Shown here: positions 20,714 to 30,770 of the stretch, one piece after another | Layout: every line of letters begins with the position of its first letter | How positions within the stretch are numbered: the stretch's first letter is position 1 | Assembly (NCBI GenBank): GCA_030429765.1 | Contig: JAUIER010000003.1 | Location: 80,402-144,401 of the forward strand | Reading direction: 5' to 3' | From: a bacterium | Lineage (GTDB): Bacteria; Omnitrophota; Gorgyraeia; Zapsychrales; Zapsychraceae | DNA length: 64,000 nt | The notes under the pieces: model-generated | Told to the model about the DNA's origin: nothing | What the model saw: only the letters and a program-made list of their open reading frames with translations | Databases searched by the model: none | Program-made: the position numbers and the translations under genes

Positions 20714-21524
20714 AGATCGTTGGTTTAGTTCAACCGTAATGATATCGCTGTCCATTGGCGCGCTCCTGTTTGACTGGGTGTTCCTGCTGGTATTGCTGGC
20801 GTTGACGATCGGCGGGTTGTATGAATTTTTTTATCTGATCAAGAAAAAAGGCATTCCAATTTATAGTTACACCGGAATTGCCATCGGCACGGTGATACCG
20901 TTGCTGGCCTTTTTTCAGATCGAGCCCACGAAAAAGTGGGATCTGTTCTTTATAGCCATGGCCCTGCTGACCATTTTCGGGCTGCAGTTGATGCGTAACG
21001 ACAATCGTAACGCGATCGTCGGTATTTCAACCACATTATTCGGTATTTTATATGTTTCATGGTTTTTCAGCTTTTTAGTTGAGATCAAGAATTTGCTGCC
21101 GGAGACACCATGGGCGGGTGAGAAGCTAGTCGGCTTTTTGCTGTTGGTTACCAAGTGTGGGGATATGGGGGCGCTGCTCATTGGGAAAAAATATGGCAAG
21201 AAGTTACTCGTTCCCAAGATCAGTCCCAAGAAGACGGTTGCCGGCGCATTTGGCAGTACCGCTTTCAGTGTGATTGCGGCTTTGCTGGCCTACAAACTGA
21301 TCCCGGCCCAATTGAATCTGCCGCTGTGGCATGTGGCTTTGATGGGTGCGATCTTCGGTGGTTTAGGGCAGCTAGGGGATATGTCAGAATCCATGATCAA
21401 ACGGGATTGCGGTGTGAAGGACTCCGGCAAGATGCTACCGGCCTTGGGCGGCGCATTGGATGCCATTGACAGCTTGCTGTTCTCGGCGCCGGTTTTCTAC
21501 TTTTATATTATTTCGTTATTGTAA
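20706..21524 (+). CDS. cdsA: Phosphatidate cytidylyltransferase
   Basis: 272 aa, polytopic. The C-terminal signature region SMIKRDCGVKDSGKMLPALGGALDAIDS is CdsA-like. It belongs to the uppS-cdsA-dxr-rseP syntenic block. Confidence 0.85.
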   Translation: MNKDRWFSSTVMISLSIGALLFDWVFLLVLLALTIGGLYEFFYLIKKKGIPIYSYTGIAIGTVIPLLAFFQIEPTKKWDLFFIAMALLTIFGLQLMRNDNRNAIVGISTTLFGILYVSWFFSFLVEIKNLLPETPWAGEKLVGFLLLVTKCGDMGALLIGKKYGKKLLVPKISPKKTVAGAFGSTAFSVIAALLAYKLIPAQLNLPLWHVALMGAIFGGLGQLGDMSESMIKRDCGVKDSGKMLPALGGALDAIDSLLFSAPVFYFYIISLL

Positions 21525-21534
21525 CAGGATAGTT

Positions 21535-22689
21535 ATGGCGAGAAAGAATGTAGTCGTTTTGGGGTCGACCGGTTCGATCGGTATCAACACCCTGAAGGTC
21601 GTAGAGCGGTATCCTAAAGAATTTAATGTCGTCGGATTAAGCGCGTACAATAACGTCAAGCTCCTTGAGAAACAGATACAGCAGTTCCGTCCCAAATTTG
21701 TAGCGGTCAATTCAAAGGGGCGGGAGTATTTTCGAGATCGATTGAAGGCGCCGACAAAAATGTTGTCCGTTGATCAAGACCTCGAAGAGTTGGTCGCGCG
21801 GACAGACGTTCATGCCGTTGTCATCGGTATGCGGGGGGCGGCCGCCTTAAAGCCTTTTATCAGCGCGGTTCGAAATGGAAAGATCGTGGCGCCGGCGAAT
21901 AAGGAAGCGCTGGTGATTGCCGGAGAGATCATTATGAATTCGGCCCGGAGAAACAAGGCCACGGTGATCCCGGTTGACAGTGAACAAAGCGCTATCTTTC
22001 AATGTTTGCAAGGACAGAACCGACGGGAGCTCAAACGTGTGTTGCTGACTGCATCAGGCGGGACCCTGTTGAACGTTCCGGTCAGCCAATTTAATGAGTT
22101 GACGGTAGAGGAAATCCTCAAGCATCCGCGCTGGAAGATGGGACAAAAGATTACGGTCGATTCCGCCACGCTGATGAATAAGGGGTTTGAGTTTATCGAA
22201 GCGCTGCGTTTGTTTGACCTAGACATCGATCAGATTGAGGTTGTTATTCATCCGGAGGCGATCATTCATTCGATGGTGGAATACATGGATGGATCGATCA
22301 TCGCGCAGCTAGGTGTCACCGACATGCGCATTCCGATTCAATATGCACTGACCTATCCCAAGCGGTTGGATGTCGGCTTAAAGCCGATGGATTTTGCCAA
22401 GTTGGGATCATTGAATTTTCAGCGGCCGGATTACAAAAAGTTTCCGTCGTTGTCGTTATGTATTGACGTGGCCCGACAGGGAGGCACTTCTCCCAGTGTG
22501 TTGAATGCCGCGGATGAAGAGGCCGTGGAGGCCTTCTTAAAGCATGACATCCGGTTTTCGGATATTTATCCCGCCGTCGAAAAGATTGTTCGCCGGCATA
22601 AGGTTCAGCCGAAGCCAAACCTTAACCAAATTCTCGCGGCCGATCAGTGGGCCCGTGAGGAGACAAGAAAGGTAATATATAAGTTATGA
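21535..22689 (+). CDS. dxr: 1-deoxy-D-xylulose-5-phosphate reductoisomerase
   Basis: Track ORF 21460 was trimmed to ATG 21535. Motifs: VVLGSTGSIGINTL, PVDSEQSAIFQC, HPRWKMG. Confidence 0.95.
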   Translation: MARKNVVVLGSTGSIGINTLKVVERYPKEFNVVGLSAYNNVKLLEKQIQQFRPKFVAVNSKGREYFRDRLKAPTKMLSVDQDLEELVARTDVHAVVIGMRGAAALKPFISAVRNGKIVAPANKEALVIAGEIIMNSARRNKATVIPVDSEQSAIFQCLQGQNRRELKRVLLTASGGTLLNVPVSQFNELTVEEILKHPRWKMGQKITVDSATLMNKGFEFIEALRLFDLDIDQIEVVIHPEAIIHSMVEYMDGSIIAQLGVTDMRIPIQYALTYPKRLDVGLKPMDFAKLGSLNFQRPDYKKFPSLSLCIDVARQGGTSPSVLNAADEEAVEAFLKHDIRFSDIYPAVEKIVRRHKVQPKPNLNQILAADQWAREETRKVIYKL

Positions 22690-24077
22690 TCGCTTTAGAC
22701 AGTATCCTGGGTGGATTTCAGAGCACGGCCGTGTTTATCGCCGTCCTGAGTATCCTGATCGTCGTGCATGAGTGGGGACATTTTATCACCGCCAAGTTGC
22801 AGGGCATCAAAGTCCATGAGTTTGCATTGGGATTTGGTCCGACGCTGTGGGCCAAGGAATACAATGAAACCAACTACATGCTGAAGCTTTTTCCGTTAGG
22901 CGGGTATGTTCGTATGGCGGGAGATGAGCGTGACAAATGCACCGGTGCTCCCTACGAGTTTTACAGTAAGTCGCCGGGGCAGCGGGCCGCGGTTGTTTTT
23001 AACGGACCATTGGTGAATTTTGTCCTGGCCTACTTTAGTTTTGTCCTGGTGTTTATGCTGGGCTATCCGGGAATGTCGACACAGATCACCGAGATCGTCA
23101 GTGATGGACCGGCAGTCGCGACATCCCTGCAGGCCAAGGATGAGGTGGTCGCGATCAACGGCAAGAAAATCTATGGATGGATGCATCTCGAACGCCTGTT
23201 GGAAGGGGAAAGCGTGGAGCCGATTGAGGTCACGGTGAACCGCGATGGTCAACAAATTTCCGCAACGGTCAATCCGACGATTGAGGAAAGGCCTAACCTG
23301 TTAGGTGTACCGACGATGTACCGGAATATCGGGATCGGATTCCTGCCGAACAAAGTCGGCGGTGTGGTCGAGGGGTATCCTGCCGATAAGGCCGGATTGA
23401 AGATGGAGGACGTCATCACCGAGATCGATGGTCAGAAGATTACCAATTGGATCTCGCTGCAGGAGGCCATCAGCAATTCCAAGGGCGCGACGATCAATAT
23501 CAAAGGCATCAGTGATGGTCAGCCATTTGAAAAAAATATTGAGCCGGTTATCGATATCAAGGAAGACGCGGACGGCAACAAGGTCGAAACGCGCAAGATC
23601 GGGCTGGGTCCCATGCAGGACTTTGGCAGCTTTAAATTTTCATTTGTGGAATCGCTTTACTACAGCTGGGATGAGCTGGCCTACATTACCCGTCTTACCT
23701 ACAAGTCGCTTTATCTGATGGTGCGTGGGACGGTCAAAGCCAAGGATTCAGTCACCGGACCGGTCGGAATCTTTTACATTGTGAAGGGCGCGGCCGAGGC
23801 CGGAATGGCGCATTTGTTATTCATTCTAGGTGTCATTAGTGCTAGTTTGGCGATCTTCAATCTGCTGCCGATGCTGCCGCTGGACGGCGGACATCTGACG
23901 CTGTTGGCCATTGAGAAGATACGGGGTAAACCGCTGCCGGCGAAGGTTGATGATTTTGTGGCGCGCATCGGTTTTTCATTTATTATTCTGCTCGCGCTTT
24001 TCGTGTTTTACAACGATTTTGCCAATTTCGGCATCTTTGATGGAATCAAGAATCTTTTTTCTAAAATAACGGGATAA
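22686..24077 (+). CDS. rseP: RIP metalloprotease RseP (site-2 protease)
   Basis: 463 aa. Zinc motif HEWGHF, a PDZ region, and the C-terminal NLLPMLPLDGGH motif. Confidence 0.9.
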   Translation: MIALDSILGGFQSTAVFIAVLSILIVVHEWGHFITAKLQGIKVHEFALGFGPTLWAKEYNETNYMLKLFPLGGYVRMAGDERDKCTGAPYEFYSKSPGQRAAVVFNGPLVNFVLAYFSFVLVFMLGYPGMSTQITEIVSDGPAVATSLQAKDEVVAINGKKIYGWMHLERLLEGESVEPIEVTVNRDGQQISATVNPTIEERPNLLGVPTMYRNIGIGFLPNKVGGVVEGYPADKAGLKMEDVITEIDGQKITNWISLQEAISNSKGATINIKGISDGQPFEKNIEPVIDIKEDADGNKVETRKIGLGPMQDFGSFKFSFVESLYYSWDELAYITRLTYKSLYLMVRGTVKAKDSVTGPVGIFYIVKGAAEAGMAHLLFILGVISASLAIFNLLPMLPLDGGHLTLLAIEKIRGKPLPAKVDDFVARIGFSFIILLALFVFYNDFANFGIFDGIKNLFSKITG

Positions 24078-24101
24078 CTTCTTTAAACAAGAGGGACAAA
24101 C

Positions 24102-25370
24102 ATGGCATCCGAAGATTTAAGAGAAAAAGTAAACAGGTATATGATCAACAACACGGAGTTCTTGAAGGTCAAGGACACCATGAACGAGGATCAACTGAGG
24201 ATGTTCGTCAATCGGGCCATCGAGGATATGATGGACGAGAAAAATATCGAAATCCCCTTTGAACAGCGGGCGGAGCTGATCAAGTCGCTGGTCAGCGCGG
24301 TGATGAGCTTAGGGCCATTGCGTCCACTGATGGAAGACGAGACGATCACCGAGGTCATGATCAATGGATGCGATACCATTTACATCCAGCGTTACGGAAA
24401 GATTGAGAAGGTTGATATCAAGTTTGACAGCAACCAGCACTTAGCCCACACGGTGCAGAAAATTCTTGCCGGTTCGCAGAGTAATAAGCGTGTTGATGAG
24501 TCATCGCCGTATGTTGATTTCTCTTTGCCTGACGGATCACGGGTCAACGTTATTCTTCCGCCATGTTCGACGATGGGGCCGGTCGTTACGATCCGAAAAT
24601 TTAAGGATGATATCGGAACTGTTGAGCATTTGCTGGATGTTAAGGAGCTCAACGAGGAGATGGCCACGTTGCTAATTGCCGCGATGAAGGCCAAATTCAA
24701 TGTTATATTTTGCGGGGCGACGGGTTCGGGTAAGACAACCTGTATGAATGTGTTTTCGACACATATTCCAGAAGAAGAACGGATTATCACGATTGAGGAT
24801 ACCCCGGAGTTAAATCTCCGTCAGGATCATGTTGTGTCGCTGCAAACCAAGCCGGCTAACATCGAAGGCAAGGGTGAGATTACCATGGCTGAGTTGTTTA
24901 CCAATTCGCTTCGTATGCGTCCGGACCGGATCATCATTGGTGAGATTCGTGGCGAGGAAATGCTGGATTTAATCCAGTCGATCAGTTCCGGTCACAGTGG
25001 GTCGCTCGCTATCGTTCACGCGGAGTCACCGCTGGATTGTTTTGACCGGATGGTGACCATGATGCTGCTCACGGGAATTCGATTGAGCACCCAGGAGATC
25101 CGCCGTCAGGTGGCCCGAGCGGTGGATATTATTGTGCACATCGAGCTTTTCAATGACGGGGTTCGCCGCATCCAGAACATCACTGATATTGTCTGGAATG
25201 ACGAGAAGAAGGAAGTGGAGTTGGTCGATATATTCCGGTTTGATCAAACTGGACGGATTGTCGACGGGATCGTTGAGGGTGACTGGACCAAGAATCGAAA
25301 GCCGCCGTCATTTATGTCTAAATTTGCCAAGCACAGGGTGGAACTCCCGGAAGGATATTTCGATAAGTAA
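24102..25370 (+). CDS. CpaF/TadA-family secretion ATPase (VirB11-like)
   Basis: 422 aa. Motifs: ITEVMINGCDTIYIQRYGK, LPDGSRVNVILPP, Walker A GATGSGKTT, IITIEDTPEL, LRMRPDRIIIGEIRGEE, GHSGSLAIVHA. Confidence 0.8.
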   Translation: MASEDLREKVNRYMINNTEFLKVKDTMNEDQLRMFVNRAIEDMMDEKNIEIPFEQRAELIKSLVSAVMSLGPLRPLMEDETITEVMINGCDTIYIQRYGKIEKVDIKFDSNQHLAHTVQKILAGSQSNKRVDESSPYVDFSLPDGSRVNVILPPCSTMGPVVTIRKFKDDIGTVEHLLDVKELNEEMATLLIAAMKAKFNVIFCGATGSGKTTCMNVFSTHIPEEERIITIEDTPELNLRQDHVVSLQTKPANIEGKGEITMAELFTNSLRMRPDRIIIGEIRGEEMLDLIQSISSGHSGSLAIVHAESPLDCFDRMVTMMLLTGIRLSTQEIRRQVARAVDIIVHIELFNDGVRRIQNITDIVWNDEKKEVELVDIFRFDQTGRIVDGIVEGDWTKNRKPPSFMSKFAKHRVELPEGYFDK

Positions 25371-25372
25371 TC

Positions 25373-26566
25373 ATGTATTGGTCTAAATATTTTATACCCA
25401 CACTCAAGGAAACGCCCGGCGGAACCGAGGCCATCAGTCATCAACTGCTGTTGCGGGCCGGTCTGGTGCAGATGCTCACGTCCGGGGTCTATTCGTATCT
25501 TCCGCTCGGATTACGCGTACTGTCGAATATCGAAAATATCATTCGTGAGGAGATGAACGCAGCGGGCGCAAATGAATTGTTATTGCCCAGTCTGCATCCG
25601 CTGGATATATGGAAGCAGACGGGACGGGATGAAACGCTCAAGGACGTGATGATTTCGTTTAAAGACGGCAAGGGACGCGATATGTGTCTGGGGCCTACGC
25701 ATGAAGAAATTATTACGGATGTTGTTCGGAATCACGTGCAGTCTTATCGACAGCTGCCGGTGACGCTGTATCAGATTCAGACCAAGTTCCGCGATGAACT
25801 GCGGCCGCGGTTCGGCATTGTGCGGGCGTGTGAGTTTATCATGAAGGACGCTTACAGCTTTGATCGTGATGTCGAAAGCATGCAAAAAAATTATCAGATC
25901 ATGTACGAGGCGTATCAGAAAATTTTCAAGCGGCTCGAGCTGGATGTGGTGATTGTTGAGGCCGATTCCGGCGCGATGGGCGGAGATATTTCCCACGAGT
26001 TTATGGTCCCCGCGGCGATTGGTGAGGATGAGGTCGAGGTCAACGGTCAAAAGCAGGTGGCGATGGAGCTGGGTCATATTTTTCAATTAGGGACCAAATA
26101 CAGCCAATCGCTCGGCGCTAATTTTCTGGATGAAAACGGCAAGAGTCAGCCGATTATTATGGGATGTTATGGTATCGGCGTCAGCCGGGTAATCGCCGCG
26201 ATTATCGAGGTGATGCACGACGAGAACGGTATTATTTGGCCGTCACAGGTCGCGCCGTTTCAGGTCGAACTCCTGCCGATTTATAAATCGGAATCCGATG
26301 AGGCCATGCAGCTGGCGCGGCAGTGTTATGACGAGTTAACGGCTGCCGGAGTTGATGTTTTATGCGACGATCGCGATGAGACCGCTGGTAAAAAGTTTAA
26401 AGACGCTGATTTGATCGGTATTCCGTTGAGGGCAACGTTCGGCAAGCGAAATTTGGCGGAGGGTAATGTCGAGCTGAAGTTTCGTAAGTCAGGTGAGACG
26501 GTGATGATTGACAAATCATCGGCAGCTGCGAAGATCCTGGATGTTCTCAAGCAAGGCCATGCATAA
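25373..26566 (+). CDS. proS: Prolyl-tRNA synthetase, bacterial type without the INS editing domain
   Basis: 397 aa. Class II motifs FRDELRPRFGIVRACEFIMKDAYSF, GHIFQLGTKYS and MGCYGIGVSRV, followed by an anticodon-binding C-terminus. Only about 10 residues link motif 2 to motif 3. Confidence 0.9.
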   Translation: MYWSKYFIPTLKETPGGTEAISHQLLLRAGLVQMLTSGVYSYLPLGLRVLSNIENIIREEMNAAGANELLLPSLHPLDIWKQTGRDETLKDVMISFKDGKGRDMCLGPTHEEIITDVVRNHVQSYRQLPVTLYQIQTKFRDELRPRFGIVRACEFIMKDAYSFDRDVESMQKNYQIMYEAYQKIFKRLELDVVIVEADSGAMGGDISHEFMVPAAIGEDEVEVNGQKQVAMELGHIFQLGTKYSQSLGANFLDENGKSQPIIMGCYGIGVSRVIAAIIEVMHDENGIIWPSQVAPFQVELLPIYKSESDEAMQLARQCYDELTAAGVDVLCDDRDETAGKKFKDADLIGIPLRATFGKRNLAEGNVELKFRKSGETVMIDKSSAAAKILDVLKQGHA

Positions 26567-27014
26567 AGAGCTTCTCGTTCATATTCGGCCGCTGGTGGAA
26601 CACGCGTTAACCGAACATCTGGTGGATCTAGTGGACATGACGATTAAATCGGATGGCCGGGGATACAACATTGAGATCCTGGCGGATAAACCTGAAGGCG
26701 GCATTACGATTGACGTGTGCGCGGAGTTAAACCGGGTCATCGGAGATCAGCTTGAACAGGATGTGCTCCTGGACCGGGCGTTTACGGTGAATGTCAGTTC
26801 CCCCGGTGTGGATCGTCCTTTGCGAATCGCCAAGGATTTTCGACGGGTAATCGGACGGGCGGTGCGCGTTCATTTGAATGACAAAATTGAGGACAAGATT
26901 GAACATATGGGTACTGTAAAGACAGTAACGGACGATATGGTAACGTTGGAAGCCAAGGCTGGATTGATTGACATACCCTTTATAAAAATTAACAAGGCCA
27001 TTCAGGTCATCTAG
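26559..27014 (+). CDS. rimP: Ribosome maturation factor RimP
   Basis: The track ORF was trimmed to ATG 26559, which overlaps the end of proS. The VNVSSPGVDRPL motif and the position directly upstream of nusA-infB fit RimP. Confidence 0.8.
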   Translation: MHKELLVHIRPLVEHALTEHLVDLVDMTIKSDGRGYNIEILADKPEGGITIDVCAELNRVIGDQLEQDVLLDRAFTVNVSSPGVDRPLRIAKDFRRVIGRAVRVHLNDKIEDKIEHMGTVKTVTDDMVTLEAKAGLIDIPFIKINKAIQVI

Positions 27015-27038
27015 ACAGAACAAGAGAGAGGTAAGAAG

Positions 27039-28271
27039 ATGGAAAGTAGTGAATTGCTAACTATTTTGGAACAACTGGAGCGCGACAAGGGAATCGACAA
27101 GGATGTTCTGATTGAAGCGGTAGAAGCCGCCGTGGCTTCGGCCGCCAAAAAATTGTGGACCGTCGACAAGGAGCAGGATGTCACGGTCAAGCTTGATAAA
27201 ATGACCGGTAAACTCACCGCCTACGCCGGTGACGAAGAGATCCGCTCCGGTGAGTTCGGCCGTATCGCCGCGCAAACGGCCAAGCAAGTGGTCATCCAAA
27301 AGATTCGTGAGGCGGAAAAAGACGTTGTTTACGAAGAGTATCAAAAGCGGATTGGTGAGATCATCAGCGGAAGCGTTTATCGTTTTGAACGCGGTAACAT
27401 CATTATTGATTTAATCAAGTCAGAAGCGATTGTTCCTCGACGTGAACAGTCATCCAAGGAAGAGTTTAAACAAGGTGACCGGATCCGGGCCTATGTGTTG
27501 GACGTAAAGCGTGAAAACCGCGGTCCGCAAATTATTCTTTCCCGCGCGCATCCGCAGTTTGTGAAACGCCTGTTTGAGCTGGAAGTTCCCGAAATTCTGG
27601 AAGGGATCGTTGAGATCAAGTCGATTACGCGGGACGTAAGTGAGCGGACCAAGATCGCTGTACATTCCAAAGACGAGAAGGTGGATTCGGTTGGCGCGTG
27701 CGTTGGTATGCGTGGAAGCCGGGTGAAAAATATCGTCAATGAGCTGCAGGGCGAGAAGATCGACATCGTACGGTATTCACCGGATATCAAGGAATACATC
27801 CAGGCGGCGTTATCTCCCGCGGAAATTTCTCAGATTCAGCTGAACTTCGATGAGAAGAAGGCCAATATCATTGTGGCCGATGATCAGTTGTCGTTGGCCA
27901 TCGGTAAGCATGGTCAAAATGTCCGTTTGGCCAGTCAGCTGGTGGGTTGGGAGCTGGATTTGTTCTCGTTTGATCAGTGGAAGGAATATCAGGACAAACT
28001 CGACGGTGAAGAAGCACCCGCCGAGACTGACGCCGAGGCAACGGAGGAGTACGAAGAAGAGGAAGTCATTGAAGAGGTCACCATCGCGGACCTTTCCGGT
28101 GTGGGTGAAAAGATGATCGCCGAGCTTGAGGAGAAAGGGCTTGGAACGCTGGATGTGATTGCCGAAGCAAGTGTTGATGATTTGACACAGATCAAAGGAT
28201 TAGGTAAAATCAAGGCCCAAAAAATGATTGACGAGGCGAAACAAATACTCGAGGAATGTGAAGAAGAATAG
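27039..28271 (+). CDS. nusA: Transcription termination/antitermination factor NusA
   Basis: 410 aa. S1 and KH regions (GACVGMRGSRVKNIVNELQGEKIDIV) and an acidic C-terminal HhH region. Confidence 0.95.
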   Translation: MESSELLTILEQLERDKGIDKDVLIEAVEAAVASAAKKLWTVDKEQDVTVKLDKMTGKLTAYAGDEEIRSGEFGRIAAQTAKQVVIQKIREAEKDVVYEEYQKRIGEIISGSVYRFERGNIIIDLIKSEAIVPRREQSSKEEFKQGDRIRAYVLDVKRENRGPQIILSRAHPQFVKRLFELEVPEILEGIVEIKSITRDVSERTKIAVHSKDEKVDSVGACVGMRGSRVKNIVNELQGEKIDIVRYSPDIKEYIQAALSPAEISQIQLNFDEKKANIIVADDQLSLAIGKHGQNVRLASQLVGWELDLFSFDQWKEYQDKLDGEEAPAETDAEATEEYEEEEVIEEVTIADLSGVGEKMIAELEEKGLGTLDVIAEASVDDLTQIKGLGKIKAQKMIDEAKQILEECEEE

Positions 28272-28298
28272 CGAGTAGTTAATAGAGAAAAGAGATAT

Positions 28299-30725
28299 AT
28301 GAAAGTATCCGAACTGGCCAAAGAGCTAAAAACAAATGATGAAACCATCCTGGCTACGCTCAAGAATTTGAAGCTGAAGGCGAAGGATAGTGATCAAGAT
28401 CTGAATGTCGCGGTTGTATCCGTTCTGAAAAGCGCGTTCAAAAAGGGGAATATCGTCAAGGTTGAAACCCCTAAGGCGCCGAAGAAGCGGGCGACCAAGA
28501 AAGCCGTCGCGGACAAAGAACCCGAGTCAACGACCAAAAAGAAGGCCGTGAAGAAGAAAGCGGCCGTTAAGAAAAAAGTGGTCAAGAAGAAGGCGGCATC
28601 CACGACCAAGTCAGAGGACACGGAAAAGGAAGCTGACAAGCCTCGCAAGCGCGTTGTCAAACGCAAGGTCAAGAAGGTGGTCCGAAAGGCCGTCAAAAAG
28701 GCGGATGACACGGACAAGGCCGCAACAACCAAGAAGACGGCGGCCAAGAAAACTGACGCCAAACCAGCGAAGGTCGAGGTCCCGGCCAAGCCCAAGAAGA
28801 AGGCTCAGGAGCCGGTTATCACGCTCAAACCACTTTCCCGCAAGCGTCGAAAGTCCTATAAAGACGACCGCAGGGATCAGCCGAGCGGCAATGACATGCT
28901 AAATGTCGAACCGGCCGCGGCGGATGCGTCGACGGCAACAGCGGCCGAACCGGTTTTTAATGAGAATCTCCCCGAGATCGAAGTCAAGGTGCCGATCACG
29001 GTCAAGGAATTTGCCACGACGATTCAGCAGAAGCCGAGCGTTGTTTTAACGCGCCTCATGAAGATGGGGATGCTGGCTCACATCAATCAGAGCCTCGGTG
29101 AGGAATTAGTCCGTAAATTGACGTTGGAGTTTGGATATAATCTGGCCAAGATTCGGACACAGGAAGAAGTTGTCATTGACGATCACAAGGTTGAGGAGGA
29201 CGACGCGGCTGAACTAAAATCACGAGCGCCGGTGATTACATTTATGGGACACGTTGATCACGGAAAAACGTCCTTGCTTGACCGAATCCGTTCATCGAAG
29301 ATCACCGACCGTGAGCACGGCGGGATCACACAGCACATCGGGGCCTATTCCGTGTCGATGCCCAAAGGGCGGATCACATTGCTCGACACGCCTGGTCACG
29401 AGGCGTTTACGGCGATGCGCGCGCGTGGCGCGCACATTACAGATATTGTTGTTCTGGTTGTAGCCGCGGACGAAGGGATTATGCCGCAGACCGAAGAAGC
29501 AATCGATCACGCCCGGGCCGCGGGTGTCCCGATTGTCGTTGCCTTAAATAAGATGGACCGTCCCGGTGCCAATCCGGACAAAGTCAAGCAGCAGCTGGCC
29601 GAGCATGATCTGGCCTCTGAAGACTGGGGTGGCAAGACAGTTGTGGTCGGTGTGTCGGCGATGACCGGAGAAGGAATTGATGAGCTTTTAGAATTGATCC
29701 TGCTGGAATCCGAATTGCTTGAACTCAGGGCTAATCCGAACAAACGGGCGACAGGGCTAGTTGTCGAAGCGCATCTCAGTCAAGGCAAAGGAACAGTTAC
29801 GACATTGATCGTGCAGAGTGGAACATTAAAGGAAGGCGACTTCCTGATCATGGGACCGTATTACGGCAAGGTCAAGGCCATGTTTGATGATCACGGACGT
29901 GCGATCAAGGAAGCCGGTCCGTCCATGCCCGTCGAGATCCTGGGGATTTCCAATGTCCCTGGAGCCGGTGAGATCTTTTATGTCGTCGAAGATGAACGAC
30001 AGGCCAAAGAGATATCCACTGCGCGTCTGGAGAAGATCAAGAACAAAAAGATGCAGGCATCGTCGGCCATCTCGCTTGATGATTTGTATTCGCAAATTCA
30101 AGAGGGTGCGATTAAGGAGCTGAATGTCGTGTTAAAAGCGGATGTGCAGGGATCGCTCGAGGCGCTGAAGGATTCCTTGGAGAAAATCCCAAGCGACAAG
30201 GTTAAGATCAAGTTCATTCACAGCGGCGTCGGTGAGGTCAACACATCGGATGTGCTTTTGGCTGTGGCGTCGAAGGCGATTATCATCGCGTTTCATGTGG
30301 GGATCAATCCCAAGGCCAAGAAGGCGCTGGAGCAGGATCCCGTCGAGGTTCGCGAGTATCGGATTATCTACGACGCTGTCAACGACATGCGTCAGGCGCT
30401 GGAAGGTCTACTGGAAGCCAAGAAGAAAAAGAACTACTTTGCCAAGGTGGAGATCCGTCAGGTCTTCAAATTATCCAAACAGGGGATTGTCGCCGGGTGT
30501 TATGTGACCAAAGGCCGGGTCAAGCGAAAGGCCGAAGTGGATTTGGTCCGTGACGGCGAGGTGATTCATTCCGGCAAGATTGGTTCTTTAAAACGTTTCA
30601 AGGAAGACGTGAAGGAAGTCACCGAAGGTATGGAATGCGGGGTCGTCCTGGAAGGTTTTGACAAATATGAAGTCGGCGACATGCTGGAAGTCTATGACGT
30701 TGAAATCATTTCGCAGAAACTCTAA
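28299..30725 (+). CDS. infB: Translation initiation factor IF-2
   Basis: 808 aa. A Lys/Ala-rich N-terminal region, then a G domain with [20 protein letters not shown] and NKMD. Confidence 0.95.
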   Translation: MKVSELAKELKTNDETILATLKNLKLKAKDSDQDLNVAVVSVLKSAFKKGNIVKVETPKAPKKRATKKAVADKEPESTTKKKAVKKKAAVKKKVVKKKAASTTKSEDTEKEADKPRKRVVKRKVKKVVRKAVKKADDTDKAATTKKTAAKKTDAKPAKVEVPAKPKKKAQEPVITLKPLSRKRRKSYKDDRRDQPSGNDMLNVEPAAADASTATAAEPVFNENLPEIEVKVPITVKEFATTIQQKPSVVLTRLMKMGMLAHINQSLGEELVRKLTLEFGYNLAKIRTQEEVVIDDHKVEEDDAAELKSRAPVITFMGHVDHGKTSLLDRIRSSKITDREHGGITQHIGAYSVSMPKGRITLLDTPGHEAFTAMRARGAHITDIVVLVVAADEGIMPQTEEAIDHARAAGVPIVVALNKMDRPGANPDKVKQQLAEHDLASEDWGGKTVVVGVSAMTGEGIDELLELILLESELLELRANPNKRATGLVVEAHLSQGKGTVTTLIVQSGTLKEGDFLIMGPYYGKVKAMFDDHGRAIKEAGPSMPVEILGISNVPGAGEIFYVVEDERQAKEISTARLEKIKNKKMQASSAISLDDLYSQIQEGAIKELNVVLKADVQGSLEALKDSLEKIPSDKVKIKFIHSGVGEVNTSDVLLAVASKAIIIAFHVGINPKAKKALEQDPVEVREYRIIYDAVNDMRQALEGLLEAKKKKNYFAKVEIRQVFKLSKQGIVAGCYVTKGRVKRKAEVDLVRDGEVIHSGKIGSLKRFKEDVKEVTEGMECGVVLEGFDKYEVGDMLEVYDVEIISQKL

Positions 30726-30770
30726 GGGCGAAAACGTAAAAGTCTAAAGTAATCTTTTCCAAACATTCTC

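Noticed and set aside
28394-28902. Repetitive Lys/Ala-rich DNA in the infB 5' region, and similarly in rho at 47555-47700, considered as possible repeats or arrays.
   Set aside because: These are in-frame, low-complexity coding sequence for basic N-terminal extensions ([19 protein letters not shown]...). They have no spacer-repeat periodicity.
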